A stretch of 64,000 nucleotides of DNA from an uncultured Chlorobiota bacterium (lineage in GTDB: Bacteria > Bacteroidota > Ignavibacteria > UBA10030 > UBA6906): positions 64,912-128,911 of the forward strand of contig CAADGV010000024.1 in the NCBI GenBank assembly GCA_900696645.1, in the 5' to 3' direction. Shown here one piece after another: positions 17,981-27,381 of the stretch. Position numbers and translations under genes: made by a program. Below the pieces are notes generated by a model that ran no database searches, was not told the origin of the DNA, and worked only from the letters and a program-made list of their open reading frames with translations. How positions within the stretch are numbered: the first letter of the stretch is position 1; each line of letters begins with the position of its first letter.

Positions 17981-18859
17981 TTAGCGGGTTTTTCGAGTCG
18001 GAGTTCGCTTCGCGAGTTTCTTCTTTTTTGCTTCATTCCAAAGGCCATCCATCTCCTCCAGAGTCGAGTTGTGGATGTCTTTCTTCATGCGCTTCAACTC
18101 GCGCTCGATATATTGAAAGCGTCTCGTGAACTTCTCAACCGTGAGACGCAACGCTGTCTCCGGCTCAATGCCGATGAAGCGGGCGTAGTTGACGAGAGCG
18201 AAAAGGTAGTCCCCAAACTCTTCTTCCTGCTTCTTGCGTTTTCGACTCTTCAGCGCTTGATGCAGTTCTTCCCCCTCTTCCCGTACCTTTGACCATACAT
18301 CGTGTTCGTTCTTCCAATCAAACCCTATTTTGGCAGCCCTTTCCTGCACACGAAGTGCCCGTTGCAGTGCAGGAAGCCTTCTGGGAACACCATCAAGCAT
18401 TGATGATCTTCCCTCATCCATTTTCAACCGTTCCCAGTTTCGTTTCACTTCGTGGGTGTTGAGTACCTGTTTTGTTCCAAATACATGAGGGTGTCGGCGA
18501 ACGAGCTTGTCGCTGATCTCCTTAAGCACGTCTTTGAATGAAAATTCCTTCGCCTGCTCGGCAATGGTCGCATGCATAACAATGTGCAGCAACAAATCAC
18601 CCAATTCGACCTTCAACTCGTCCAGATTGTTCTCATCCAGTGCTTCGATCACTTCATATGTCTCTTCAATCAGGCTGTGCCGGATTGATTGATGAGTCTG
18701 TTGTCTGTCCCAGGGACATTCATCACGCAGTCGCCGCACAATAGCAACAAACTGTGCGATCTCACGCACAGGCACAGGTGGATAGCTCGTTCTTTTCACG
18801 TGATGGGAACTCCTTCGTTGGGATTTTGCGAATGTTGGACTCCAACTTAGAGATTTCAT
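17981..18859 (-). CDS. mazG: nucleoside triphosphate pyrophosphohydrolase MazG
   Basis: tandem MazG domains (LRDECPWDRQQT, EETYEV..A, RRHPHVF; second EE.EL motif); the N-terminal ~28 aa may be upstream of the true start. Confidence 0.75.
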   Translation of the reverse strand: MKSLSWSPTFAKSQRRSSHHVKRTSYPPVPVREIAQFVAIVRRLRDECPWDRQQTHQSIRHSLIEETYEVIEALDENNLDELKVELGDLLLHIVMHATIAEQAKEFSFKDVLKEISDKLVRRHPHVFGTKQVLNTHEVKRNWERLKMDEGRSSMLDGVPRRLPALQRALRVQERAAKIGFDWKNEHDVWSKVREEGEELHQALKSRKRKKQEEEFGDYLFALVNYARFIGIEPETALRLTVEKFTRRFQYIERELKRMKKDIHNSTLEEMDGLWNEAKKKKLAKRTPTRKTR

Positions 18860-18984
18860 ATCTGAGTTGCAATGCAGAAGTCCATTCTCTATATTTCTTT
18901 CGCTTCAAAGATCATGCGTTCCCCGCGGCATCGTTCATTTCGGTTCGCAGGCGAGTTGACCACAAGTACAATCAAGTTTTTCTC

Positions 18985-20676
18985 ATGAAAGCTCGAATCA
19001 TTGTTTCACTCGGCATTCTTCTGTTCGTTCTTGTCTTTATTGCCTACTACATGAGCGTATCATCAACAGCGACACTCATTCTCGTAAACGGGGTCGTGTA
19101 CACCGTCAATGACAAGCAGCCGACAGCACAGGCGATTGCTATCAGCGGCGACAGGATTCTTGCAGTGGGGGCGAACGAGGATATTACGTCGCGATACACG
19201 GCATCGAAGACAATTGATCTTCAGGGGAGTGCCGTGTACCCCGGCTTCACCGATGCACACGCACATCTTGAGGGCTTGGGCGCTTTACTGCTGAATATCA
19301 ATCTTAGCGGCACCAAATCAGTTGAGGAAATTCAGGCGCTTGTCGCCGAGCGCGTGACAACTGTTCCACCGGGAGGATGGATACGGGGACGTTCGTGGGA
19401 TCAGAACAAATGGGCAGGCAAGTCATTCCCCACTCATCAAATGCTTGATCAGGTTGCGAAACAGAACCCTGTCTATCTCACGCGGGTTGACGGACACGCA
19501 GTGTGGGTGAACAAGATAGCCCTTGATATGGCGGGAATTACAAACTCAACCCCCGATCCCGAAGGCGGGAAGATTCTTCGGGACGGGGACGGGAACCCGA
19601 CCGGTGTTCTGATTGACAATGCCATTGCACTAATCGATTCTGTGATGCCTGAGCCGTCGGAGTCGGAACGAACTGAAGCAATAGGTCTCGCGGTTGAAGC
19701 GTGTCTCGGCGTCGGCTTGACAGGCGTGCACGACATGGGAGCCGATCTTCAACTAATCGGCATCTACAAGAAGTTGATTGAACAGAAGAGGTTCCCTTTT
19801 CGGGTCTATGTTGCTATTGATGGTATCGGGAAGACGTGGGAACATTATCTGAACGCCGGACCCGAAACCGACGGATATGACAACCGGCTCACCGTTCGTG
19901 CGTTGAAATTGTATGCCGACGGCGCTTTGGGCTCACGCGGCGCGGCGCTTATCGAACCCTACTCCGACGACCCGACAAACCGCGGTTTAACGTTGACTCC
20001 GACAGATGCTCTGAAGCAGGCTTCGCTGGAAGCATTGCACAAAGGCTTTCAAGTCTGTACCCATGCTATCGGCGACCGCGCGAACCACATTGTACTAAAT
20101 ATGTATGAAGAAGTGCTGGCAAGCGACACAAGACGCGCAGGTAATGCCCGTTTCAGGGTTGAACATGCCCAGATTGTTGAGCCGAACGATATTCCGCGAT
20201 TTCACGCGTTGGGCGTTCTGCCCTCTATGCAACCAACTCACTGTACATCGGATATGTATTGGGCCGGGGACCGGGTTGGCTCGCACAGGCTGAAAGGCGC
20301 TTACGCATGGCGTTCGTTCATTGAGTCGGGCTCCATTATTCCCGGCGGCTCGGATTTTCCGGTCGAAAGCCCGAATCCGCTGTACGGATTTTTTGCAGCA
20401 ATCATGCGTGAGGATCATGATGGCTGGCCCGCCGGGGGCTGGATTCCCGAACAGCGAATGACAAGGGAAGAGGCTCTGAAAGCCTTTACCATCTGGGCCG
20501 CATATGCAGCATTCGAGGAGTCGAAACGCGGATCGATTGAAAAGGGAAAACTGGCAGATATTGTTGTGCTTTCAAACGACATCATGAAGTGTGAAGCTCG
20601 TGAGATTCTGAATACTCGCGTGCTCTTTACGATAGTCGGGGGAGAGATAGCGTATTCTTCTGTTCCAACACCGTAA
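18985..20676 (+). CDS. amidohydrolase-family metal-dependent hydrolase
   Basis: signal/TM N-terminus, VYPGFTDAHAHL metal-binding HxH motif, C-terminal GSDFPVE; start moved to ATG 18985 (MKARIIV). Confidence 0.7.
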   Translation: MKARIIVSLGILLFVLVFIAYYMSVSSTATLILVNGVVYTVNDKQPTAQAIAISGDRILAVGANEDITSRYTASKTIDLQGSAVYPGFTDAHAHLEGLGALLLNINLSGTKSVEEIQALVAERVTTVPPGGWIRGRSWDQNKWAGKSFPTHQMLDQVAKQNPVYLTRVDGHAVWVNKIALDMAGITNSTPDPEGGKILRDGDGNPTGVLIDNAIALIDSVMPEPSESERTEAIGLAVEACLGVGLTGVHDMGADLQLIGIYKKLIEQKRFPFRVYVAIDGIGKTWEHYLNAGPETDGYDNRLTVRALKLYADGALGSRGAALIEPYSDDPTNRGLTLTPTDALKQASLEALHKGFQVCTHAIGDRANHIVLNMYEEVLASDTRRAGNARFRVEHAQIVEPNDIPRFHALGVLPSMQPTHCTSDMYWAGDRVGSHRLKGAYAWRSFIESGSIIPGGSDFPVESPNPLYGFFAAIMREDHDGWPAGGWIPEQRMTREEALKAFTIWAAYAAFEESKRGSIEKGKLADIVVLSNDIMKCEAREILNTRVLFTIVGGEIAYSSVPTP

Positions 20677-20690
20677 CGCTTGAGCTATCG

Positions 20691-21962
20691 TTGGAACAGA
20701 GTGTTGACCGGCAGGGGGTCGAGCGCAAGAATTTCGTTCTCAACTTTGTAGAAGGTGCGTTTTTTTCGGCTTCCGGCTCGTTGATGTCGCCACAGACTGT
20801 GTTGCCCGTGATCGTGGCGATGCTTGGTGGCGGCAACATCGCCATCGGTGCATTGAGTGTTATTGTCTGGGTGGGATTGTTTCTTCCGCAGATTTTTGCG
20901 GCACGCTATGTCGAAACTCTCCCATGGAAAAAACCGTGGGCAATCAAGTTCGGCATAGCGCAACGGGTGACTGTGCTCTGCATCGGATTGGGATTGTTGC
21001 TCTTCGGCGCCGGGCAGCCGACATTCGCGTTGGTGTTGTTTTTTGTTTTCTATTCATTGTGTCAGATTCTGCTGGGAGTAACAACGCCCGGCTGGTTTGA
21101 CATGTTTGCGAAGATGGTTCCGACGCGTAAGCGCGGCCGTCTTGTTGGTATCCGAAGTTCATTGGGGGGAATCGGGGCCTTCTGTTGCGGCCTCATTTTG
21201 ACCTGGCTGCTCGCCCGTTTTTCATTCCCCCTTGGATTTGCGTTTGCGTTCTTTCTTGCGTTCGGCTTGCAGTCTGCATCCATTGTTGTTCAGATGGCGT
21301 TGATTGAAACCGAGCCGAGTCCGACGTCTGAGCGCCAACCGCTTGCGGCATACTTGCGGGATCTTCCGCGTGTGCTTCGCGAGAATGCGGCTTTCAAGCA
21401 CTTTCTCGTTGCATCAATGTTTCAGATTGTTGCCGCGATGCCGGTCGGCTTTTATGCCGTGTATGCAATGTCCAGGTTCAACCTAAGCAATGCTGCTGTC
21501 GGCACATTCACGTTGGCTATTGTTGGTGTGCAGGTGGCGACTTCACTTCTTATCGGATATCTGGCCGACAAGAAGGGAAACAAACTTACATTGATGATTG
21601 CCGCGGTAGCGTTGTTGTGCGCAAATGTTCTGGCGCTGTTTGCTCCGTCGGCGGAATGGTTCTTTGCAGTATTCCTGTTGCTCGGAATCAATCTCGGAAC
21701 TGAACTGCTTGCGCGCTACAATATAGCGGTGGAATACAGTCCGTTGCACCAGCGCTCACGATATGTCGGGTTAATGAACACCATCTTGGCTCCCTTCTAC
21801 ATTGTCGGGTTGCTGGGAGGAACGATAAGTGAAGTTTTCGGTTACTCCGCATTGTTTGCTGTAGGGACTGTTGCTTCGGTTGCCGGAGTCGCTATGACGA
21901 TGTTTCGCGTACAGGATCCGAGAAGATTGTTTCCAGAATCACAGACAGGCGAAGGCATATAA
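20691..21962 (+). CDS. MFS-type transporter
   Basis: 423 aa, about 12 predicted TM helices, MFS-like RKRGR loop between TM2 and TM3. Confidence 0.65.
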   Translation: MEQSVDRQGVERKNFVLNFVEGAFFSASGSLMSPQTVLPVIVAMLGGGNIAIGALSVIVWVGLFLPQIFAARYVETLPWKKPWAIKFGIAQRVTVLCIGLGLLLFGAGQPTFALVLFFVFYSLCQILLGVTTPGWFDMFAKMVPTRKRGRLVGIRSSLGGIGAFCCGLILTWLLARFSFPLGFAFAFFLAFGLQSASIVVQMALIETEPSPTSERQPLAAYLRDLPRVLRENAAFKHFLVASMFQIVAAMPVGFYAVYAMSRFNLSNAAVGTFTLAIVGVQVATSLLIGYLADKKGNKLTLMIAAVALLCANVLALFAPSAEWFFAVFLLLGINLGTELLARYNIAVEYSPLHQRSRYVGLMNTILAPFYIVGLLGGTISEVFGYSALFAVGTVASVAGVAMTMFRVQDPRRLFPESQTGEGI

Positions 21963-22006
21963 AAATTCATCATCAGAAGTAATCACGCACACATAAGGGG
22001 GTATGT

Positions 22007-22471
22007 ATGCAGGAAAATGAAAAAGTTGTTCACGTTCGTTTCGCGCCGAGCCGCGGCAGCCTCGAAGCGGGGTCGGGGCACAGAATACGCACGCTCACTG
22101 AACGGGAGATTTGCGAATGGCTGACCGAAAGGGGGGTAGCGCATAAACACGCAAGCGACGTATTCATTATCAAGTCCGCATCAAACGGATCGCCTTCGTT
22201 GTTTGTACCGGATATCGTGTTATCGAAGAAGAAGAGTCGCGACGGAAAAACGATTATCATCGAAACGCTGCACAGCTTCTCACCGAAACGGGGTGGATTA
22301 AGAACGTTCACGACCTTCTGTAAGCAATATCGGGATGAGTATTTCTCCATTCTCGTTGCAAGGAAATCCACACTCGAATCCATACCGAAAGGAGTATGTA
22401 ATGCCCGGGTGGAACTGGAGAACCTGGCCATCCTGACAAAGAAGTTCGGCATAGGCTCGGATCATCCCTGA
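22007..22471 (+). CDS. hypothetical protein (154 aa), no recognised family
   Basis: ORF with decent RBS context; a weak PD-x-D..E-x-K-like pattern (VPDIVL...IIIETLH) is a tentative nuclease-fold hint only. Confidence 0.4.
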   Translation: MQENEKVVHVRFAPSRGSLEAGSGHRIRTLTEREICEWLTERGVAHKHASDVFIIKSASNGSPSLFVPDIVLSKKKSRDGKTIIIETLHSFSPKRGGLRTFTTFCKQYRDEYFSILVARKSTLESIPKGVCNARVELENLAILTKKFGIGSDHP

Positions 22472-22539
22472 TTCGGTGTTACGAATTACATGTAGTCGTT
22501 GCATCTCAAGGCTCACGGATTTATATTTAAGTTCACGAC

Positions 22540-23433
22540 ATGCACCATACTGCTCCCACATCTCCGCCAACCGATCAGCGTTGGACTGTTCTTTCGCTTG
22601 TTGAATGGTCAACGAACTATCTTATCGAGCATGGATTCGATGAAGCCCGATTGCATGCTGAACTGCTGCTTGCTCATGTGCTTCAATGTACCCGCCTTCA
22701 GTTGTACATGAATTTCGATCGCCCGCTCACAGCGGACGAACTTTCCGCGTACCGCTCACTTTTCAAACGCCGCCTTACACACGAACCGCTGCAGTACATC
22801 ATCGGCGAAACGGAATTTATGGGCCTGCCGATCTCTATCAATCTCGAAGTACTCATCCCCCGTCCTGAAACGGAGCAACTCGTTGAACATGCCATCAGTA
22901 TCATTCGTGCAGTGGAAAAAGAGTCTGTTGATGTGTTGGATATCGGAACCGGTTCAGGCAATATTGCAATTGCTATCGCAAAGCTCGCTCCCAAAACGCT
23001 GGTTACTTCCCTTGAGGTAAGCACTGCAGCACTAAACCTGGCGCAACAGAATGTCGAACGTAATGCGGTCAAAAACGTCTCGCTGGTAAGGGGAGATGTG
23101 TTCGAGGCATTCCTGCCCGATCGGGTGTTCGATGTCATTATTTCAAATCCTCCATACATATCGATTGAGGAGCATAGTACGCTCGAACCCGAAGTACGGG
23201 ATTTTGAGCCGCATCTTGCTGTAACTGACGGGGCCGACGGATATCGTTTCATCCGTCGAATCTGTGATGTTGCGTTTCACAAACTGCGTGAGGGGGGATC
23301 ATTGCTCATGGAGATTGCGTACAACCAATCTGATCAGACGATAGCAATTGCGGAATCAGCGGGACTTGCCGAAGTACGGGTTCTTGCCGACTTTTCAGGC
23401 AATCCCCGGATTCTTGTTGCTGAGAAGAAATGA
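22540..23433 (+). CDS. prmC: release factor glutamine N5-methyltransferase PrmC/HemK
   Basis: NPPY motif (ISNPPYISIEE), SAM motif LDIGTGSGNIAIA, 297 aa. Confidence 0.8.
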   Translation: MHHTAPTSPPTDQRWTVLSLVEWSTNYLIEHGFDEARLHAELLLAHVLQCTRLQLYMNFDRPLTADELSAYRSLFKRRLTHEPLQYIIGETEFMGLPISINLEVLIPRPETEQLVEHAISIIRAVEKESVDVLDIGTGSGNIAIAIAKLAPKTLVTSLEVSTAALNLAQQNVERNAVKNVSLVRGDVFEAFLPDRVFDVIISNPPYISIEEHSTLEPEVRDFEPHLAVTDGADGYRFIRRICDVAFHKLREGGSLLMEIAYNQSDQTIAIAESAGLAEVRVLADFSGNPRILVAEKK

Positions 23434-23876
23434 GAGCAGTCATTCAACGGGTGAGCGAAGCGTGCGTGATGATTGATGGAACAATCCACGCAAGCATCGA
23501 AAAGGGTTGCGTGATACTGCTCGGAATTCGGACAGGCGACACGAGGGATGCCGCTCTCTTTCTTGCCGACAAATGTTCATCGCTTCGTGTGTTTGACGAT
23601 GCAAACGGAAAGATGAATCTCGGCCTGAACGATGTCGGCGGAAGCGTCATCGTCGTTTCCCAATTTACGTTGTACGGCGATGCACAAAAAGGGAACCGTC
23701 CCAGTTTCATCGAAGCTGCCCGTCCTGAAGAGGCAGAGCCGCTGTATGATATTTTTGTCGGGAGGATGAAATCGCTGCTCGGCAGCGATCGAGTGGCTAC
23801 AGGGATATTCCGCACAATGATGAAAGTGAAGATTGTGAATGATGGTCCGGTAACCATTCTGATTGAAAGCAAGTAG
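23430..23876 (+). CDS. dtd: D-aminoacyl-tRNA deacylase
   Basis: MRAVIQRVSEACV N-terminus and SQFTLYGD / NDGPVT motifs of Dtd, 148 aa, 4-nt overlap with prmC. Confidence 0.85.
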   Translation: MRAVIQRVSEACVMIDGTIHASIEKGCVILLGIRTGDTRDAALFLADKCSSLRVFDDANGKMNLGLNDVGGSVIVVSQFTLYGDAQKGNRPSFIEAARPEEAEPLYDIFVGRMKSLLGSDRVATGIFRTMMKVKIVNDGPVTILIESK

Positions 23877-23879
23877 GTC

Positions 23880-24797
23880 ATGGGCGTTCTCATGCTCTTT
23901 CTCGATGGGGTGGGGATTGGTACAGCGGATGCCTCGGTCAATCCTTTCTTTCAAGCAGAGCTTCCTTCGTTTCGCTCGTTGCTCGGCGGTGAACTGCCCG
24001 GCTTGAATCTTCCGTTTCTGCAAAACGGCACCGCCTCACTCATCCCTCTTGATCCCAACCTTGGAATTGAAGGACTTCCGCAAAGCGGAACAGGACAAAC
24101 CGCCCTTTTCACGGGAGTCAACGCCCCGCAGTTGATAGGAAAACATTTCGGCCCGTATCCCTACTCAACATTGCGTCCGGTTGTGCGGGAGAGGAACATC
24201 TTTCGCCAACTGATTGATGCCGGCAAGAGGGTGTATTTCGCCAACGCCTATCCGCAACGCTTCTTCGATTACTTCAAGGACAAGCAAACACGTCTCACCG
24301 TCACAACGCTATCGTGCAGCTATTGTGACATGCCGCTTCATCAGGCTACAGAGCTTGAAAAGGGCGTCGCCATTTCAGCCGACATTACGAACGCGGGGTG
24401 GCCGCGCATGGGATATTCTCACATTCTTCGCATAGAACCTGCCGAGGCCGGACGAAGACTCGTGCGCCTTTGCGCTGAATATGATTTCGTCCTGTTTGAG
24501 TATTGGAGAACTGACAAGGCGGGACATTCGGAAAAAATGAGTGAGGCCGTTGAGTCGCTTGAAGCCTTCGACGGAATGTTATGTGGCATTCTTGAATCAA
24601 TTGATACAGCAAGAACACTGCTGCTCATCACGAGTGACCACGGCAATATCGAGGACATGTCGACAAAGGTACATACGCGTAATCCTGTTCCTGTAATGTT
24701 GTTCGGCTGCCGTCATAACGAGGTTGCAAAGGCGTTGCAAGAGAAACCCGATCTTACGAGCGTTACGCCGGCGCTCATGCAGTATTTCGTTACTTAA
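23880..24797 (+). CDS. alkaline-phosphatase-superfamily metalloenzyme (short iPGM/phosphopentomutase-like)
   Basis: LFLDGVGIG N-terminus and ITSDHGN metal-binding motif of the PF01676-type metalloenzyme fold, 305 aa. Confidence 0.55.
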   Translation: MGVLMLFLDGVGIGTADASVNPFFQAELPSFRSLLGGELPGLNLPFLQNGTASLIPLDPNLGIEGLPQSGTGQTALFTGVNAPQLIGKHFGPYPYSTLRPVVRERNIFRQLIDAGKRVYFANAYPQRFFDYFKDKQTRLTVTTLSCSYCDMPLHQATELEKGVAISADITNAGWPRMGYSHILRIEPAEAGRRLVRLCAEYDFVLFEYWRTDKAGHSEKMSEAVESLEAFDGMLCGILESIDTARTLLLITSDHGNIEDMSTKVHTRNPVPVMLFGCRHNEVAKALQEKPDLTSVTPALMQYFVT

Positions 24798-24840
24798 GGG
24801 GGAAGAATAGCTTGTAAATAGTTCCACCTGTTCTTGTCCA

Positions 24841-27276
24841 ATGAAGAAGCGGACGATTCGTACAATTCCTGCTCTCATCGTTGCATTACTCTTCGCAATC
24901 GGCATTCTTCTCGGTAAAGCCAGCGGATTACCGTTCGAATTTCTATTTGTACTCTCCCTGTTTTTCCTCAACGCTGCGTTCTTTCTCTCTTTCAGAATGA
25001 AGAACGAATCCTTCCTCTTTTCGATTACACTGGGATTGCTTGTTGTTTGCGCGGGTGCCGCAAAAATTCAGTTCGATGTCCAATCCACGCCACCACCCAT
25101 CCAATCAAACAGAGTGATTGCGGTTCTGGGAAGAATCATCGAACCTCCCATACAACATGAGAACAAAACCCGATTCACTTTCGATGCGATATCGTATGCC
25201 GATTCGTCGGGTACACATTCCATCGATTCACGGATTCTCGTTACGGTTGTGCGGCGCAGGAAGGATACGCTTGATGTTCCGTTCCTGTACGCCGCCACGA
25301 TGGCACTGAAGGGGCAACTCGCCCGCCCCTCACCTCAACGGAATCCCGGAGAATTCGATGCCAGAAAATACTATGACGCTCAGGGTATTGCCTTCGTGAT
25401 GAGAGTTCGCGGATATGAAAACGTTGCGATTCTTGACTCGTCATCAATACGGAATGCATTTGAGTGGCTGATGCTGAATGCAGTCATTCCCGTTCGTCAC
25501 TACATAGTCAGGCTCTTTGATAATATCGTCGGAGGCGAAGAGGCCGAGCTATTGAAAGGAATTTTTGTCGGAGACCGGAGTGGAATTTCCTATTCAACCC
25601 GCAACGCGTTTGCAAACTCCGGCATCTCACATCTTCTGGCTGTCTCGGGGGCGCACGTAGTTATTGTGTGGGGAGTCGTCACGATGGTGTTGACGCTGGT
25701 TCGTCTTCCGAGGCAGATGGTGATTGTCGGAGCGCTGCTCGCGGTTACGTTCTACATGCTGCTTACAGGCAGCAACCCGCCGATTGTTCGGGCGACAATA
25801 ATGGGCGGAATCTTTCAAACGGCGAGACTATTGGGAGTGAAATCGGACGGACTCAATTCGCTGGGCTTTGCCGCATTGCTCATTCTGGGATACGATGCGC
25901 GCCAAATTTACGACGTGGGATTTCAGCTTTCCTTTGCAGCCGTGTTTTCACTCGTATATCTCTTTCCGATTGCCAGGAATCTCCTTCCGACAATCAAGCC
26001 GTCAGTGTGGTGGGGGAAGCTTGTTACTCGATCAATCGAGTTGTCGATGGTAACATTCGTTGCGACAGTCGGCACATTTCCCTTGATGGCCTTGTACTTT
26101 GGCAAAGTGTCGGTTGTCGGACTTCTGACGAACATTGTTGTTGTACCGGCAGTTGCCGGAAGCATTACGCTGGGATTTCTGTCGGCACTATTCGGGTGGC
26201 TCAGTCCGTTTGTTGCAGAGACATTTGCGCAGCCGAATATTTTGCTCTTGCGCTTCACGTTGTGGATGGCCGAATTCTCCGGCAGTTTGCCGTGGGCGTA
26301 CATCGACACGCTGCAGTTCAGGCCAATTCACACACTGCCGTTCTACGCAGCGCTTGGCGTTCTTTTCCATCTGCACATAACAGGCTACGCGAAGAAATTC
26401 GTGATTGGCTTCGTAGCATCGCTCAACATGCTGCTGATAGTTCCCGTCTCATCATTCGACAGGCCGCTCGAAGAACATCTCCGCGTAAGCTTCATCGATG
26501 TCGGGCAAGGTGATGCGGCGCTGATCGAGTTCCCTGACGGCCAAACGATGTTGATTGATGCAGGCCCGAAGAGTGAGGAGTATGATGCGGGCGAGCGTAT
26601 TGTTGCACCGTTTCTGAGGCGAAGAGGTATTTCATCGATTGACTACCTTGTTGCGTCGCATCCTCATGCCGATCATATCGGGGGATTCAAGTACATCTTC
26701 GACCGTTTCGAGGTAAGGGAAGTAATCGAAAGCGGCCAACCTGCACGAGATCCGATCTACATTGAATTTGCTGAAGCTGTCCGGAAAGAGCAAAGCAAAG
26801 TAAGCGTTGCACGGTCGCTCGATTCATCTATTCATATCGGAAAGGCAAAGTTGTACCTACTGTATCCGACAACGACATTCATCGATACCGACACGTCGCG
26901 CCGTCATCCCAATCTTAACAACACATCGGTTGTTTTCAAGTTGTGTTTTGGTGAGATATCGTTCCTGTTCACCGGCGACGCGGAAATGGATGCTGAACGC
27001 GAGATGGCGGGCATTCATGGAGAATTCTTACAATCCACATTACTCAAAGCAGGACATCATGGCAGCAAAACCAGCAGCACGCAGGAATTTCTCGACTATG
27101 TGAAACCGAGGTATGCCGTGATTTCTGCGGGTGTGAACAACAAGTTCAATCATCCTTCGGAGGATGTTGTTCGGCGGCTGCGAGAAATGAATGTTGAAAT
27201 ACTCCGCACCGACGAGGACGGGGCAATCCTGTTCGAGACGAACGGAAAAGAACTGCATCGCGTCGATTGGCGCTGA
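24841..27276 (+). CDS. comEC: DNA internalisation competence protein ComEC/Rec2
   Basis: 811 aa, polytopic competence domain plus C-terminal metallo-beta-lactamase domain (HPHADHIGG). Confidence 0.8.
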   Translation: MKKRTIRTIPALIVALLFAIGILLGKASGLPFEFLFVLSLFFLNAAFFLSFRMKNESFLFSITLGLLVVCAGAAKIQFDVQSTPPPIQSNRVIAVLGRIIEPPIQHENKTRFTFDAISYADSSGTHSIDSRILVTVVRRRKDTLDVPFLYAATMALKGQLARPSPQRNPGEFDARKYYDAQGIAFVMRVRGYENVAILDSSSIRNAFEWLMLNAVIPVRHYIVRLFDNIVGGEEAELLKGIFVGDRSGISYSTRNAFANSGISHLLAVSGAHVVIVWGVVTMVLTLVRLPRQMVIVGALLAVTFYMLLTGSNPPIVRATIMGGIFQTARLLGVKSDGLNSLGFAALLILGYDARQIYDVGFQLSFAAVFSLVYLFPIARNLLPTIKPSVWWGKLVTRSIELSMVTFVATVGTFPLMALYFGKVSVVGLLTNIVVVPAVAGSITLGFLSALFGWLSPFVAETFAQPNILLLRFTLWMAEFSGSLPWAYIDTLQFRPIHTLPFYAALGVLFHLHITGYAKKFVIGFVASLNMLLIVPVSSFDRPLEEHLRVSFIDVGQGDAALIEFPDGQTMLIDAGPKSEEYDAGERIVAPFLRRRGISSIDYLVASHPHADHIGGFKYIFDRFEVREVIESGQPARDPIYIEFAEAVRKEQSKVSVARSLDSSIHIGKAKLYLLYPTTTFIDTDTSRRHPNLNNTSVVFKLCFGEISFLFTGDAEMDAEREMAGIHGEFLQSTLLKAGHHGSKTSSTQEFLDYVKPRYAVISAGVNNKFNHPSEDVVRRLREMNVEILRTDEDGAILFETNGKELHRVDWR

Positions 27277-27308
27277 TGCATGCTTGTATAACGCCGATCA
27301 CGCGAAGA

Positions 27309-27337
27309 ACCCCGTTGCTTGCATCTCCTCATTGTCT
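27309..27337 (+). promoter_or_regulatory. sigma70-type promoter TTGCAT-17-TATTAT upstream of the methylmalonyl-CoA mutase gene
   Basis: near-consensus hexamers with 17-nt spacer, about 45 nt upstream of ATG 27382. Confidence 0.4.
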
Positions 27338-27381
27338 TGGTTATTATTTTCTACATCCCATTCATCAGCTCTGGAAAAATT

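Noticed and set aside
17981-18859. Possible N-terminal extension of MazG (28 aa before the conserved LRDECPWD block)
   Set aside because: It cannot be resolved without homologue alignment. The ORF was kept as called and reported only as start uncertainty, not as a separate feature.
25668-26513. 281-aa alternative-frame ORF inside comEC
   Set aside because: Same-strand overlapping frame with extreme Arg/Cys/Ser content; comEC in the main frame is conserved end to end.
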